From positions 64,396-128,395 of the forward strand of contig CAMZNU010000009.1 of assembly GCA_947313885.1 (NCBI GenBank): DNA of 64,000 nucleotides, written 5' to 3'. Below are positions 18,208 to 28,990 of the stretch, one piece after another. The stretch is from an uncultured Clostridia bacterium (GTDB taxonomy: Bacteria > Bacillota > Clostridia > Lachnospirales > CAMZNU01). Position 1 is the stretch's first letter; every line of letters begins with the position of its first letter. The notes below the pieces were generated by a model. It saw only the letters and a list, made by a program, of their open reading frames with translations, was not told the origin of the DNA and did no database searches. The translations under genes were made by a program, and so were the position numbers.

Positions 18208-18711
18208 ATGGATACAATAAAATTTGCAAAAATGACTGATACAGTAATAATACCAAGTAAAAGAGAAGAAGATGGGTGTTATGATTTATACGTTAATTTT
18301 GACGAAGAAACATTTTTAATAAAAAGTAAAGAAATAGAAAATATACCTACAAAATTAAAAAGTATGTTTGACAGTAAATATAGAATAGGAATAAGAGAGA
18401 GAGGGAGTAATACAAAATCAAAACTATTAGTAGTAGCAGGACAAATAGATAGTAATTATAGAGGTGAATGGTTTTTGTCTTTATACAATAGTACAGATGT
18501 AGATATAATAATAGATAAAGGGATAGATGAAGTTACGAAAACTTATGAAAATGGTAAGCTAATAAATTTAAGAGTGCCGTATAAAAAAGCTTTTGCACAA
18601 TTTGCAGTAGAAGAAATTCCGATAGTTGAAATAAAAGAAGTGAGTGAAGAAGAAATAGATAATAATAAAACTAATAGAAATCTAGGTAAAATAGGCAGTA
18701 CAGGTAAATAA
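18208..18711 (+). CDS. dut: dUTP diphosphatase (dUTPase/dCTP deaminase superfamily)
   Basis: 167 aa. Motifs DGCYDLY, RGSN and GQIDSNYRGEW match trimeric dUTPase motifs. Confidence 0.75.
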   Translation: MDTIKFAKMTDTVIIPSKREEDGCYDLYVNFDEETFLIKSKEIENIPTKLKSMFDSKYRIGIRERGSNTKSKLLVVAGQIDSNYRGEWFLSLYNSTDVDIIIDKGIDEVTKTYENGKLINLRVPYKKAFAQFAVEEIPIVEIKEVSEEEIDNNKTNRNLGKIGSTGK

Positions 18712-18782
18712 TATATTGAAATAAGTATAAAAGTTATGTACTATAAAAGTAATGGGAAATATGTAAACAAGGAGGAAACGAT

Positions 18783-21419
18783 ATGAAACAATTAGATAAA
18801 AATTATGATCCGAAAATAGAAAATGAAATGTATAATAATTGGTTAGAAAAAGGGTATTTCGAAGCAAAAACAGAAGAGGGAAAAAAATCTTATACGATAA
18901 TGATGCCACCACCAAATGTTACAGGACGATTACATTTAGGTCATGCATTAAACAATACTATACAAGATGTATTAATAAGAACTAAAAGAATGCAAGGCTA
19001 TAACACGTTATGGTTACCAGGAACAGACCATGCAAGTATATCAACAGAAGTAAAAGTTATAGAAAAATTAGCAAATGAAGGAATTAAAAAAAGTGATATA
19101 GGACGTGAAGCTTTCGTAGAAGAAACATGGAGATGGAAAGAAAAATACGGCGGCGAAATAATGGAGCAAATTAAAAAAATAGGCTGTTCATGTGATTTTA
19201 GTAGAGAAAGATTTACGCTAGATAAAGGGTTAAATGATGCAGTAAACCATGTGTTCGTTAAAATGTATAATGAAGGGCTTATATATAAAGGTGAAAAATT
19301 AATAAATTGGTGTCCACATTGCAAAACTACAATATCAGACGCCGAGGTAGATCATGAAGATGTAAACGGAGGGTTTTGGCATTTTAAATATAAAATAAAA
19401 GATACGGATGAATATTTAGAATTTGCAACGACAAGACCAGAGACGATATTAGGAGATACGGCAGTAGCGGTAAACCCAAAAGACGAAAGATATAAAAAGT
19501 ATGTAGGGAAGATGGTAATAGAACCTATAACAAAAAGAGAAATACCAATAATAGCAGATCGTTATGCAAAAATGGATTTTGGGACTGGAGTAGTAAAAAT
19601 AACACCAGCGCATGATCCTAATGATTTTGAAGTAGGGGAAAGAAATAACTTACAAAGAATAAACGTTATGAACGATGATGGAACGATGAATGAAAATGCT
19701 GGGGAATATGAAGGACTTGATAGATTTGAAGCTAGAAAAAAAATAGTAAAAGCTTTTGATAAAATAGGTCAATTTATAAAAAAAGAAGATATAGTGCATG
19801 CAGTAGGAAAACATGAAAGATGTAAAGTAATAGTTGAGCCGTTAATAAAAAAACAATGGTTTGTTAAGATGGATGATTTAGCAAAACAAGCGTTAGAGGT
19901 GTATGGTAACGGTGAATTAAAATTAGTACCAGATAGATTAGGAAAAGTATATACGAATTGGTTAGAAAATAGTAGAGATTGGTGTATATCAAGACAATTG
20001 TGGTGGGGACACAGAATACCAGCGTATTACTGTGAGTGTGGACATGTAGAAGTTAAAGAGATAACACCAAAGACGTGTTCAAAATGTGGAAGTGATAAAT
20101 TAACCCAAGATGAAGATTGTATGGATACATGGTTTAGTTCAGCATTATGGCCTTTTTCAACATTAGGATGGCCAAACGAAACCGAAGATATGAAAAGATT
20201 TTACCCAGCAGATGTTATAGTAACAGCATATGATATTATATTTTTCTGGATAATAAGAATGGTATTTTCAGGACTTCACCATACGAAACAATTACCGTTT
20301 AAAGAAGTATACTTTACAGGACTTATAAAAGATGAACAAGGAAGAAAAATGAGTAAGTCTTTAGGAAATGGAATAGATCCTATAGAATTAATAGAGAAAT
20401 TTGGAAGTGATGCGTTAAGACATACATTAATGACAGGAAACTCACCAGGTAACGATATGCGTTTTAGTGCTAAAAAAGTAGAAACAAATAGAACATTTTT
20501 AAATAAGTTATGGAATGCTACAAGATTTGTGTTAATGAATGTTGATGATGTGGAAAATGTTAAATTAGATGAAAGTAAATTAAATATTTCAGATAAGTGG
20601 ATATTAAGTAAAGTAAATGGGTTAGCAGAAGAAGTAACAAAAAATATAGATAAGTATGAATTAAGTATAGCTTTACAAAAAATTCATAATTTCATATGGG
20701 ATGAATATTGTGATTGGTATATAGAAATGGTAAAACCGAGACTATACGATGAAAATGATGATACAAGAGAAACAGCTATTTGGACTTTATTAGAAGTATT
20801 AAAAATTTCAATGAAATTATTACATCCGTTTATGCCATTTATAACAGAAGAAATATTTACGACGATAGAGCCAAAAGAAGAAACAGTAATGTTATCAAGT
20901 TGGCCAGAATTTAAAAAAGAGTTTGATTTTAAAACAGAGGAAAAGGAAATAGAGTATATTAAAAATGCTATAAAAAATATTCGTGGAACAAGAACAGAGA
21001 TGAATGTTAAACCGTCTAAAAAAACTAAGACGTATATAGTTACAGAAAGTGACGAAGTAAAAAACACTTTTAAAAACTGTGAAACGTTTATGAAAACATT
21101 AGGCTTTGCAAGTGAATTAATTGTACAAGGTGATAAAACTAATATAGAAAATGATTTTGTATCTATAATAATAGAAGATGCAATAGTATATATACCATTT
21201 GCAGAGTTAGTAGATATAAAGAAAGAAAAAGAGCGATTAGAGAAAGAAAAAGAAAAATTAGAAAAAGAAGTAGATAGAGTAGTTAAAAAATTAAGTAATA
21301 AAGGATTTACAGATAAAGCACCAGAAAAATTAATAAATGCAGAGAAAGATAAACAAAATAAATATCAACGTATGTTAGATGAAGTTATTAAACAAATAGA
21401 TGTACTAAATAAAAAATAA
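18783..21419 (+). CDS. valS: valine--tRNA ligase
   Basis: 878 aa. HIGH-type motif PPNVTGRLHLGHA, KMSKS motif, and a C-terminal coiled coil. Confidence 0.97.
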   Translation: MKQLDKNYDPKIENEMYNNWLEKGYFEAKTEEGKKSYTIMMPPPNVTGRLHLGHALNNTIQDVLIRTKRMQGYNTLWLPGTDHASISTEVKVIEKLANEGIKKSDIGREAFVEETWRWKEKYGGEIMEQIKKIGCSCDFSRERFTLDKGLNDAVNHVFVKMYNEGLIYKGEKLINWCPHCKTTISDAEVDHEDVNGGFWHFKYKIKDTDEYLEFATTRPETILGDTAVAVNPKDERYKKYVGKMVIEPITKREIPIIADRYAKMDFGTGVVKITPAHDPNDFEVGERNNLQRINVMNDDGTMNENAGEYEGLDRFEARKKIVKAFDKIGQFIKKEDIVHAVGKHERCKVIVEPLIKKQWFVKMDDLAKQALEVYGNGELKLVPDRLGKVYTNWLENSRDWCISRQLWWGHRIPAYYCECGHVEVKEITPKTCSKCGSDKLTQDEDCMDTWFSSALWPFSTLGWPNETEDMKRFYPADVIVTAYDIIFFWIIRMVFSGLHHTKQLPFKEVYFTGLIKDEQGRKMSKSLGNGIDPIELIEKFGSDALRHTLMTGNSPGNDMRFSAKKVETNRTFLNKLWNATRFVLMNVDDVENVKLDESKLNISDKWILSKVNGLAEEVTKNIDKYELSIALQKIHNFIWDEYCDWYIEMVKPRLYDENDDTRETAIWTLLEVLKISMKLLHPFMPFITEEIFTTIEPKEETVMLSSWPEFKKEFDFKTEEKEIEYIKNAIKNIRGTRTEMNVKPSKKTKTYIVTESDEVKNTFKNCETFMKTLGFASELIVQGDKTNIENDFVSIIIEDAIVYIPFAELVDIKKEKERLEKEKEKLEKEVDRVVKKLSNKGFTDKAPEKLINAEKDKQNKYQRMLDEVIKQIDVLNKK

Positions 21420-21434
21420 AAAAACCAAAAATAA

Positions 21435-21472
21435 AAACCCAAAAAAGAGCTGTAGCACTTTTTTGGGTTTTT
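21435..21472 (+). terminator. intrinsic terminator after valS
   Basis: Stem aaacccaaaaaag / cttttttgggttt, then T-rich sequence. Confidence 0.8.
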
Positions 21473-21523
21473 ATGTATATAGAAATTAAATAAAGTTCAA
21501 AATAATTAAAGAGGTGCATAATT

Positions 21524-22948
21524 ATGAAAAAGGACTTAAGCATAAAAAAACAAATTTCTGTATTTGAAAGTAAGTTGCCAATAAAAAATAGTTTTGATGT
21601 AATAGGAAGGAATATAAAAATATTAGATAAAGAAGGATATTTTATATTTATAGATGGATTTGCTAAAGATAATATTATGTACTATATATTAACGAGGTTA
21701 CAACTAGATAAAAGAGAATTCACATCTATAGATGACATGATAAAAAATAATATAGGTTATATAGAAGTAGAAAGTAATAATAACATAGACAAAATAGCGA
21801 CATCAGTGTTAAGTGGAATGATAGCATTGTTAATAGATGGTGAAGAAAAAGTAGTATTAATAGATGCTAGAGAATATCCAACACGTAGCATATCAGAATC
21901 GGAAACAGAAAAAATATCAAGAGGTCCAAAAGATTCCTTTGTGGAGACAATAGTATTTAATACAGCTTTAATAAGACGACGTATTAGAAGCGAAAAATTA
22001 ATATTTAATATGAAAACAGTAGGAAAAATATCTAAGACAGATGTTGCAATAGCGTATATAGATGATTTAGTAGATAAAAAAGTTTTAAAAGAAGTTATAG
22101 AAAAAATTGATAAAATAGATGCAGAAGCATTAATAATAGGTGATAATTATTTAGACGAACTGATTTTTAAAAAGAACTGGTATAATCCGCTACCACAAGT
22201 TAAATATACAGAACGACCAGAAGTAGTATCAGCTCATTTAGTGGAGGGGCATATAGCGTTAATTATTGATACATCACCATGTGTATTAATATTACCAGTA
22301 ACGTTATTTTACTTTACTCAATATGTAGATGATTATAATAAAAGTATGTTAAATGGTACGATTATAAGACAAATAAGATTTTTTGCTATATTTTTATCAT
22401 TAATGTTAGTTCCAACATTTTTATTGGTTGCAGAAAATAATACAGCGTTAGATAATGTATTACATTATTTTAAAGTAATAGATGAAGGTTCTTTTAGTTT
22501 GCCGATACAGCTTATGATATTGGAATTTGGATTTGTTTTATTGCAGTTATCAAGTTTACAAACACCAAATTATTTAGGTGGTACATTTGGAATATTAGGA
22601 GGATTATTAATAGGTGAGCTTGCAATAAATCTTGGAATGTTTTCAGAGGAAGCGGTATTTTATATGGCATTAACAGCGATAGCAACGTATTGTATACCTA
22701 GTATAGAGTTTACATCGGCGATAAGATATTTTAGGTTTATAATATTAGTAGGTACGATAATATTAGGGGTAAAAGGATATATATTAACGTGTACACTAGT
22801 ATTTTTAATTACGTATAATACGGAAACTTTAGAGAATAGTCGAAAATATTTATGGCCGTTAATACCATTTGATTATAAAGCACTTAAAAATGTGTTAATA
22901 AGAAGAGATGTTAGAACGATAAATAGAGAAAATAAAAAAGAGTTGTAA
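21524..22948 (+). CDS. GerA-family spore germination protein A subunit / SpoVAF-like
   Basis: 474 aa. A soluble N-terminal domain is followed by about 5 transmembrane segments at the C-terminus. RGPKDSFVETI and the overall layout are typical of GerAA/SpoVAF proteins. Confidence 0.7.
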   Translation: MKKDLSIKKQISVFESKLPIKNSFDVIGRNIKILDKEGYFIFIDGFAKDNIMYYILTRLQLDKREFTSIDDMIKNNIGYIEVESNNNIDKIATSVLSGMIALLIDGEEKVVLIDAREYPTRSISESETEKISRGPKDSFVETIVFNTALIRRRIRSEKLIFNMKTVGKISKTDVAIAYIDDLVDKKVLKEVIEKIDKIDAEALIIGDNYLDELIFKKNWYNPLPQVKYTERPEVVSAHLVEGHIALIIDTSPCVLILPVTLFYFTQYVDDYNKSMLNGTIIRQIRFFAIFLSLMLVPTFLLVAENNTALDNVLHYFKVIDEGSFSLPIQLMILEFGFVLLQLSSLQTPNYLGGTFGILGGLLIGELAINLGMFSEEAVFYMALTAIATYCIPSIEFTSAIRYFRFIILVGTIILGVKGYILTCTLVFLITYNTETLENSRKYLWPLIPFDYKALKNVLIRRDVRTINRENKKEL

Positions 22949-22965
22949 TAAAAAGAAATGTAATT

Positions 22966-23022
22966 AAAAAAGTAACTATGAAACTAAACACTTAGAACGT
23001 GTTGTTTCATAGTTACTTTTTT
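22966..23022. terminator. bidirectional terminator
   Basis: Outer stem agtaactatgaaac / gtttcatagttact with inner pairing aacac/gtgtt. An A-run and a T-run flank it. Confidence 0.8.
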
Positions 23023-23036
23023 AATGTTATTTAATA

Positions 23037-24272
23037 TTAAAATGTAAAGTTACCATTTTTAAATATTTGAATTTCTTTACCATCGTAAGTAGTACCTAAA
23101 ATGTCAAGGTCTGGACTACCGATCATAAAATCTTCATGAATAAGAGACATATTAGCTCCTTTTTCTTCTAATTGCTTATCAGTCATACTAGAACCATTAA
23201 TTAAGTTTGTAGGATATGCTTTACCAAAAGCTAAATGGCAAGATGCATTTTCATCAAACAAAGTATTAAAGTAAGTTAAGTTTGAATTAGAAATAGGTGA
23301 GTCATTAGGAACTAAAGCAACTTCGCCTAAATATGAAGCACCGTCGTCCATAGTTAACATTTCTTTTAAAACGTCATAGCCAGTGTCAGCAGTAAAATCA
23401 ACAATTTTACCGTCTTTAAAAGTTAAAGTAAAACCGTCAATAAGGTTACCGTTATAATTAAAAGGTTTACTATTTTTAACTATACCATTAACTTTATTTT
23501 TATGAGGCATTGTGTAAACTTCTTCAGTAGGTAAGTTAGCACAAAAATATTCATCTTTAGTAGTAGTGTCGCCACCACCAGCCCAAATATGCTCTTTTGG
23601 TAATTCAATAGTTAAATCAGTTGCTCCATCTTTAGTTGTATAATGTAAAGTTTTAAATTTATTATCATTTAAAAAGTTAACATATTTTTTTAAGTTTTGT
23701 ATATGTTGTTCCCAATTTGCGACACCATCTCCGTTATCAACACGAACAGCTTTAAAAATTGCATCCCATTGTAATTTAACAGCTTCATCGTCTGTAGCGT
23801 TAGGGAATATTTTTTTAGCGATTACTTTAGTCGGTGCAGTAACGACAAGCCACTTATTTTCATTTTTCATAAGAGCATTACGTCGTCTAGACATAGCAGT
23901 AGATGAAACTTTATTCCAAGTAGAAATACGTTTAACGTCAACAGACTTAAGTAATTCGGGATTAGTAGCGGCTATTGCGATAAAAGCAACATCTTCATCT
24001 AAAAGTTCATTAGATTTAACGACATTGTAATTAGGATAAGTTTCAAAAGCCGAGTCAGGAGCATTTTCATAACGTATTAGATTTGAAACTTCGTCATGGA
24101 AATCCATAATAACGTCACTAGCACCAGCATCATAACCTTGTTTAGCTAAAACACGTCCAAATTCAACACATTCAATAGGACAACTAATTTGTAATTTTTG
24201 TCCTTTTCTTAACCTCACGCCAATTTTAATTGCTACTTTAGCATATTCTTGTAATTTTTCTTCAAATGTCAT
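23037..24272 (-). CDS. aminopeptidase, M29 (AmpS/PepS) family
   Basis: 411 aa. The N-terminus FEEKLQEYAKVAIKIGVRLRKGQ and C-terminal motifs HLAFGKAY and EDFMIG are typical of M29 aminopeptidases. Confidence 0.8.
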   Translation of the reverse strand: MTFEEKLQEYAKVAIKIGVRLRKGQKLQISCPIECVEFGRVLAKQGYDAGASDVIMDFHDEVSNLIRYENAPDSAFETYPNYNVVKSNELLDEDVAFIAIAATNPELLKSVDVKRISTWNKVSSTAMSRRRNALMKNENKWLVVTAPTKVIAKKIFPNATDDEAVKLQWDAIFKAVRVDNGDGVANWEQHIQNLKKYVNFLNDNKFKTLHYTTKDGATDLTIELPKEHIWAGGGDTTTKDEYFCANLPTEEVYTMPHKNKVNGIVKNSKPFNYNGNLIDGFTLTFKDGKIVDFTADTGYDVLKEMLTMDDGASYLGEVALVPNDSPISNSNLTYFNTLFDENASCHLAFGKAYPTNLINGSSMTDKQLEEKGANMSLIHEDFMIGSPDLDILGTTYDGKEIQIFKNGNFTF

Positions 24273-24422
24273 AATAAAATCCTCCCTTTTATAAAAGTTT
24301 ACTAAAAAAACTTTATAAAAGCAAATGTAGGATAAAAGTATATTAGAAATATAAAGGAATAATTACGGTAAAAAAATATTATATATAAGTAAAGACGAAA
24401 AAAATATGCGAAGGGTGATTAT

Positions 24423-24737
24423 ATGATAAACAGTATTTTTTCTAGAGGGAGTAAAAATGAAAAACAAGAAAATAAAAATAATATAGAGAAAAATAGCATT
24501 GAATTAGATTTACCATTAGATGTTGTGAAAAACTTACCGTTAATAACACAAACAGGAAATGAAAAGTTAATAATCGAAAACTATAGAGGGATTATAGAAT
24601 ATACAGAAGAAATAATAAGGCTAAACACTAGAATATGTGTAATAAAAATTTGGGGTAGAGATTTGTATTTAAAAGAAGTGACGACAGAAATATTAATAAT
24701 AAAGGGAACTATATTTAAAGTAGAATACTTAACGTAG
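24423..24737 (+). CDS. yqfC: sporulation protein YqfC (YabP family)
   Basis: 104 aa. The LIIENYRGIIEYTEEIIRL motif is typical of the YabP/YqfC family. It lies directly upstream of yqfD. Confidence 0.75.
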   Translation: MINSIFSRGSKNEKQENKNNIEKNSIELDLPLDVVKNLPLITQTGNEKLIIENYRGIIEYTEEIIRLNTRICVIKIWGRDLYLKEVTTEILIIKGTIFKVEYLT

Positions 24738-24748
24738 AAGGTGATAAT

Positions 24749-25951
24749 ATGATAATAAATGTAGCTAATTATATAAAAGGTTATTTAGTTGTAGAGGTAA
24801 AAGGGTTTTCTATTGAGAGGTTTATGAATCTTGCAGTAAATAAAAATATATATTTATGGGACGTAATATATTTAAAAGACAAAATACAATTTAAAGTATC
24901 GATAAAGGGATATAAATTATTAAAAGAATGTGGTAAAAAAACGAGATGTAGAATTAAAATAATAGATAAAAAAGGGTATCCTTTTTTTATGTTTAAATAT
25001 CGAAGAAGAAAAATTCTTTTTGGTGGAATAGGATTTTTTTTAGTGATTTTATATGTAATGTCATTGTTTATATGGTCAATAAATGTAATAGGAGTAGAAG
25101 ATGTTGAAGTTTATAAAATAATAGAATATTTAAATAAAGAAAATATTAAAGGTGGAACTTTGAGAAGTAAAATTAAAAGTAATGAGTTAGAAGAAAAACT
25201 TATAGAGGAATTTGATAATTTATCTTGGGTTAATGTTCAAAAGAAAGGTACGACGTTACACATATCATGTTCAGAAGTATTAGAAGAGAAAAAAATAGAA
25301 GAAAATAATAATAGTACAAAGATTATAGCTAATAAAAATGGAGTAATAACAGAAGTATTTGTTAAAACAGGAACGGCACTTTTAAAGCCAGGAGATGTAT
25401 TTAAAGTAGGAGACATATTAATATCAGGGGAAGTTTTAATAGATGAGGATAGTGGAAAAACAAAAAGAGTGCAACCTAAAGGAAAAGTAAGAGGAAGAGT
25501 AGATTATGATGTAGAATTTTTGATAAAAAACGAATATGTGTCAACAGAGCCTACAGGGAAAAAAGAAATAGTTAGAAGCATATTGTTAGGTGAGAATAAA
25601 GTTAAAATAGGAATAAGTAGAAATAAGTTTGAAAATTATGATATAATAAGTGAAAGCAAAAGATTAAGTTTTGGGGAGAATTATGATACACCAATCGTAT
25701 ATTTAAAAGAAACATATGTAGAAGTAGAGGCATTAATGAAAAAAAGAACGGAAGAAGAAAGTAAAATATATGGAAAAAAACTAATAAATACAACTATTAC
25801 AGAGAAGTTTGAAGAGAATCAAGAAGTAGAAGTTGAAAACATAGATATCAAGTTTGAAAATAAAAAAGAAGGGCTAATAGTTCGAGCTAAAATAACAGTT
25901 ACGGAAAATATAGGAATAGAAATAGAAGAGATAGAGGTAATAGAAGAATAG
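24749..25951 (+). CDS. yqfD: sporulation protein YqfD
   Basis: 400 aa. The N-terminal GYLVVEVKGFSIERFMNLA motif, one central transmembrane helix, and conserved synteny after yqfC. Confidence 0.75.
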   Translation: MIINVANYIKGYLVVEVKGFSIERFMNLAVNKNIYLWDVIYLKDKIQFKVSIKGYKLLKECGKKTRCRIKIIDKKGYPFFMFKYRRRKILFGGIGFFLVILYVMSLFIWSINVIGVEDVEVYKIIEYLNKENIKGGTLRSKIKSNELEEKLIEEFDNLSWVNVQKKGTTLHISCSEVLEEKKIEENNNSTKIIANKNGVITEVFVKTGTALLKPGDVFKVGDILISGEVLIDEDSGKTKRVQPKGKVRGRVDYDVEFLIKNEYVSTEPTGKKEIVRSILLGENKVKIGISRNKFENYDIISESKRLSFGENYDTPIVYLKETYVEVEALMKKRTEEESKIYGKKLINTTITEKFEENQEVEVENIDIKFENKKEGLIVRAKITVTENIGIEIEEIEVIEE

Positions 25952-26011
25952 AGGTAAAAAATATTGTAAATTTAGGCACTATAATTATCATAGTACAAAG
26001 GATGGTATGAA

Positions 26012-28111
26012 ATGAAGAAAACATTAAAAAAAAGAAAATTTAAAAAAAATGAAAAAATAGCAAGTAGCTTAGCATTAGTATGTTATATAGCAACTATAAT
26101 ATTATTATTTGTAGAAAGTAACACAAATGCGAAAGAAAATGTAAATGTAGGAGAAGTATCGACAATAAGAATTAAAGCACCAGAAAAAATGTTAAATAAA
26201 ATAAAGACAGATGAGTTAATAGAAGAGGCAATAGAAAACACGGAAGTATATTACAAATTAGATAATGATATTACAGAAGAGATATATGAAGATTTTGATA
26301 AATTTTGGACGGACGTATTAAAAGAGAGGACTATATATAAAAGATATATGTCAAACTTTACTGATCCTTCTCAAAGTATAAAAGAAAAATATTATATAAG
26401 GAATGAGAGTATATTAAATGTAATAAAAAAAGAAGAGCTAGTAGAACTATTAGATATGGAAGATAATGAGTATAAAAAATACAAAACGTTTACAGAGGAG
26501 TCGCTAAAAAAAGTAGTAGAAGATGGAATAGATGCGGATAATTTAGTAAAAACTTTTGCAATGGCGGAAAATTTAATAAGAAGAAGTCCATATGCGAACA
26601 TGATATCTATGAAAACATATAAGATATTAACGAGTTTTTTACGTGCGAATAAAATCGTAGATGAGGAAGCAACGCAAATGGCTATAGATATAAGCATAGG
26701 AAAAGTTGAAGACGTTTATTATTTAAAAGGTCAGACTATAGTAGATGAAGGTGAAATAATAACAGAAGAAATGGAGTATGTGCTAAGACAATCGGGATAT
26801 GCGGATAAAAATTTAAGTGAATATATAATAAATTATATAAGCGTAATATTAACAACGACGATATTTTTTGCATTTACGATATATAGCGCTATAAAAAACG
26901 ATAAAAAAATAGCAAAAGAAACAAATAAAATATTAGCAAGTTCTGTAATATATATAATATTTTTAATAGCGATGTTTTTTGCAAATAGTCCAATAACAAT
27001 ATTGGCACCGATATTTATATTAACGTATTTGTTTACACGTTATATAGGTGTTAAGTTAACGACGATGTTTTTACTGCACATAATACTAATAACATATTTA
27101 GTATTTGATATAACTAGTGAGATGTTAATATTTTTAATAGTAAGTTGTAATATTTTAATATTGTATGTAAAGCAAATAAATGAGAAAAATAAAATAATAA
27201 TAGGTGGTATATTAATATCACTTTTATTAGCATCATTTTATATACTTTTAGGAGTATCTAATGGTGAAAATTTTAAAATGTTATTAAATGAATCATATAA
27301 GCTAATAGGGACGTTATTGTTATCAATAATATTCGCTTACGGGGTATCACCTATATTTGAAACTATATTTGATTTAGTTACGACAAATAGATTAATGGAA
27401 TTTATAAAACCAGACTTTGAGTTAACGAGAAGGTTGACAGTAGAGGCAGGCGGGACGTACCACCATTCTCTAATCGTATCAAACCTAGCGGAGGAGGGGG
27501 CATTAGCGATAGGGGCTAATTCAGCTGTTTGTAAAGTAGCGGGATATTTTCATGATATAGGTAAATTAAAATATCCGTTATATTTTGGAGAAAATCAAAA
27601 TGGGTACAATCCTCATGATTATTTACTACCTAGTAAAAGTGCACACTATATAAAAGCGCATATAGATGGAGTTGATGAGATAGCTAAAAAATATAAGTTG
27701 CCAAAAATTATAAGGGAAGTAATAAAACAACATCATGGAGATACACATATATCATATTTTTATTACAAGGCACTAGGAGATGACAAATTAAAAGATAGCG
27801 TTGTAGAGTCGGACTATAGATATGATAGTTTAAAACCACAAAGTAAAGAAGCTGGAATATTAATGATTGCTGACACAGTAGAAGCTGCGGTAAGAGCAAC
27901 AATAAATAAGATGGAAAGTTTTGATGAAGTAGAAAGTTTTATTGATAAATTAGTAGATGGAAAAATAAAAGACGAACAATTATTATATAGTGGTTTAACG
28001 TTTGGAGATGTAGATAAAATTAAAAAATCATTTTTAGTCGTTTTAAAAGGGATGTATCATAATAGAGTTGAATATCCAAGTGAGAAGGAAACAGAGGAAA
28101 ATGAAAGTTAA
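26012..28111 (+). CDS. pgpH: 7TM-receptor HD-domain phosphohydrolase (YqfF/PgpH-like, putative c-di-AMP phosphodiesterase)
   Basis: 699 aa. An extracellular domain, seven hydrophobic helices, then an HD domain (HHSLIVSNLA ... GYFHDIGK ... HHG). It occupies the conserved position upstream of ybeY. Confidence 0.75.
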   Translation: MKKTLKKRKFKKNEKIASSLALVCYIATIILLFVESNTNAKENVNVGEVSTIRIKAPEKMLNKIKTDELIEEAIENTEVYYKLDNDITEEIYEDFDKFWTDVLKERTIYKRYMSNFTDPSQSIKEKYYIRNESILNVIKKEELVELLDMEDNEYKKYKTFTEESLKKVVEDGIDADNLVKTFAMAENLIRRSPYANMISMKTYKILTSFLRANKIVDEEATQMAIDISIGKVEDVYYLKGQTIVDEGEIITEEMEYVLRQSGYADKNLSEYIINYISVILTTTIFFAFTIYSAIKNDKKIAKETNKILASSVIYIIFLIAMFFANSPITILAPIFILTYLFTRYIGVKLTTMFLLHIILITYLVFDITSEMLIFLIVSCNILILYVKQINEKNKIIIGGILISLLLASFYILLGVSNGENFKMLLNESYKLIGTLLLSIIFAYGVSPIFETIFDLVTTNRLMEFIKPDFELTRRLTVEAGGTYHHSLIVSNLAEEGALAIGANSAVCKVAGYFHDIGKLKYPLYFGENQNGYNPHDYLLPSKSAHYIKAHIDGVDEIAKKYKLPKIIREVIKQHHGDTHISYFYYKALGDDKLKDSVVESDYRYDSLKPQSKEAGILMIADTVEAAVRATINKMESFDEVESFIDKLVDGKIKDEQLLYSGLTFGDVDKIKKSFLVVLKGMYHNRVEYPSEKETEENES

Positions 28112-28138
28112 AAAACTAAAATAGTAGAAGGTGGCAAA

Positions 28139-28591
28139 ATGATTAATATTGATTTTAATGAATTAGTATCAATAGATAGTAAATATAAAAATATAATAGA
28201 AAGGGTTATAAAGAGTACGCTAATAAAAGAAAATATTAAAGGTGATATAGAAGTTAGTATAACAATATGTGATGAAAAAGAAATAAAAGAAATAAATAAT
28301 AAGTTTAGAAATAAAAATGAAGTTACAGATGTTTTATCGTTTCCTTTAATAAAGGATATAAGTAGGATGAATATAAATGAATATAACGTATTAGGAGATA
28401 TAATAATATGTTTAATGAAGGCAATACAACAAAGTAAACAACATGGACATAGTATAGATAGAGAAATAGGATTTTTAACAGCCCATAGCATGTTACATTT
28501 ATTAGGATATGACCACATAATAAAAGAAGAAGAAAAAAATATGTTTAAAAAACAAGAAGAGATTTTAGAAGAATTAAAATTAAGGAGATAA
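28139..28591 (+). CDS. ybeY: rRNA maturation endoribonuclease YbeY
   Basis: 150 aa with the zinc motif HSMLHLLGYDH. Confidence 0.9.
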   Translation: MINIDFNELVSIDSKYKNIIERVIKSTLIKENIKGDIEVSITICDEKEIKEINNKFRNKNEVTDVLSFPLIKDISRMNINEYNVLGDIIICLMKAIQQSKQHGHSIDREIGFLTAHSMLHLLGYDHIIKEEEKNMFKKQEEILEELKLRR

Positions 28592-28592
28592 A

Positions 28593-28976
28593 ATGAATAA
28601 CAAAAAATTAATAGAATTAGCTATTGAAGCGAAAAAAAATTCATATGCTAAATATTCTAATTTTAGAGTAGGAGCATCGTTATTAGGGGAAAGTGGACAA
28701 GTATATTTAGGATGTAACGTAGAAAATGCAACTTATGGAGCAACAAACTGTGCAGAAAGAACAGCGGTATTTAGTGGTATTGCATCAGGAGAAAAGAAAT
28801 TTACGAAAGTTGCAATAGTGTCGTCATCAGGTGAATATACATATCCATGTGGAATTTGCAGACAAGTTTTATTTGAGTTTATGGGAGATGATGGGATAGT
28901 AATATTAGGAGATAAAGAGGGAAATATTAAAGAGCATACGATAAAAGAGTTATTGCCATATGGCTTTAAATTATAG
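28593..28976 (+). CDS. cdd: cytidine deaminase
   Basis: 127 aa with the CAERTA and PCGICRQ zinc-binding motifs. Confidence 0.9.
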   Translation: MNNKKLIELAIEAKKNSYAKYSNFRVGASLLGESGQVYLGCNVENATYGATNCAERTAVFSGIASGEKKFTKVAIVSSSGEYTYPCGICRQVLFEFMGDDGIVILGDKEGNIKEHTIKELLPYGFKL

Positions 28977-28990
28977 AGAAGAGGAGAAAA

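Noticed and set aside
18712-18782. T-box leader upstream of valS
   Set aside because: The gap between dut and valS is only 71 nt. This is far too short for a T-box (specifier loop plus antiterminator), and no AGAGA / T-box 14-mer-like sequence was seen.
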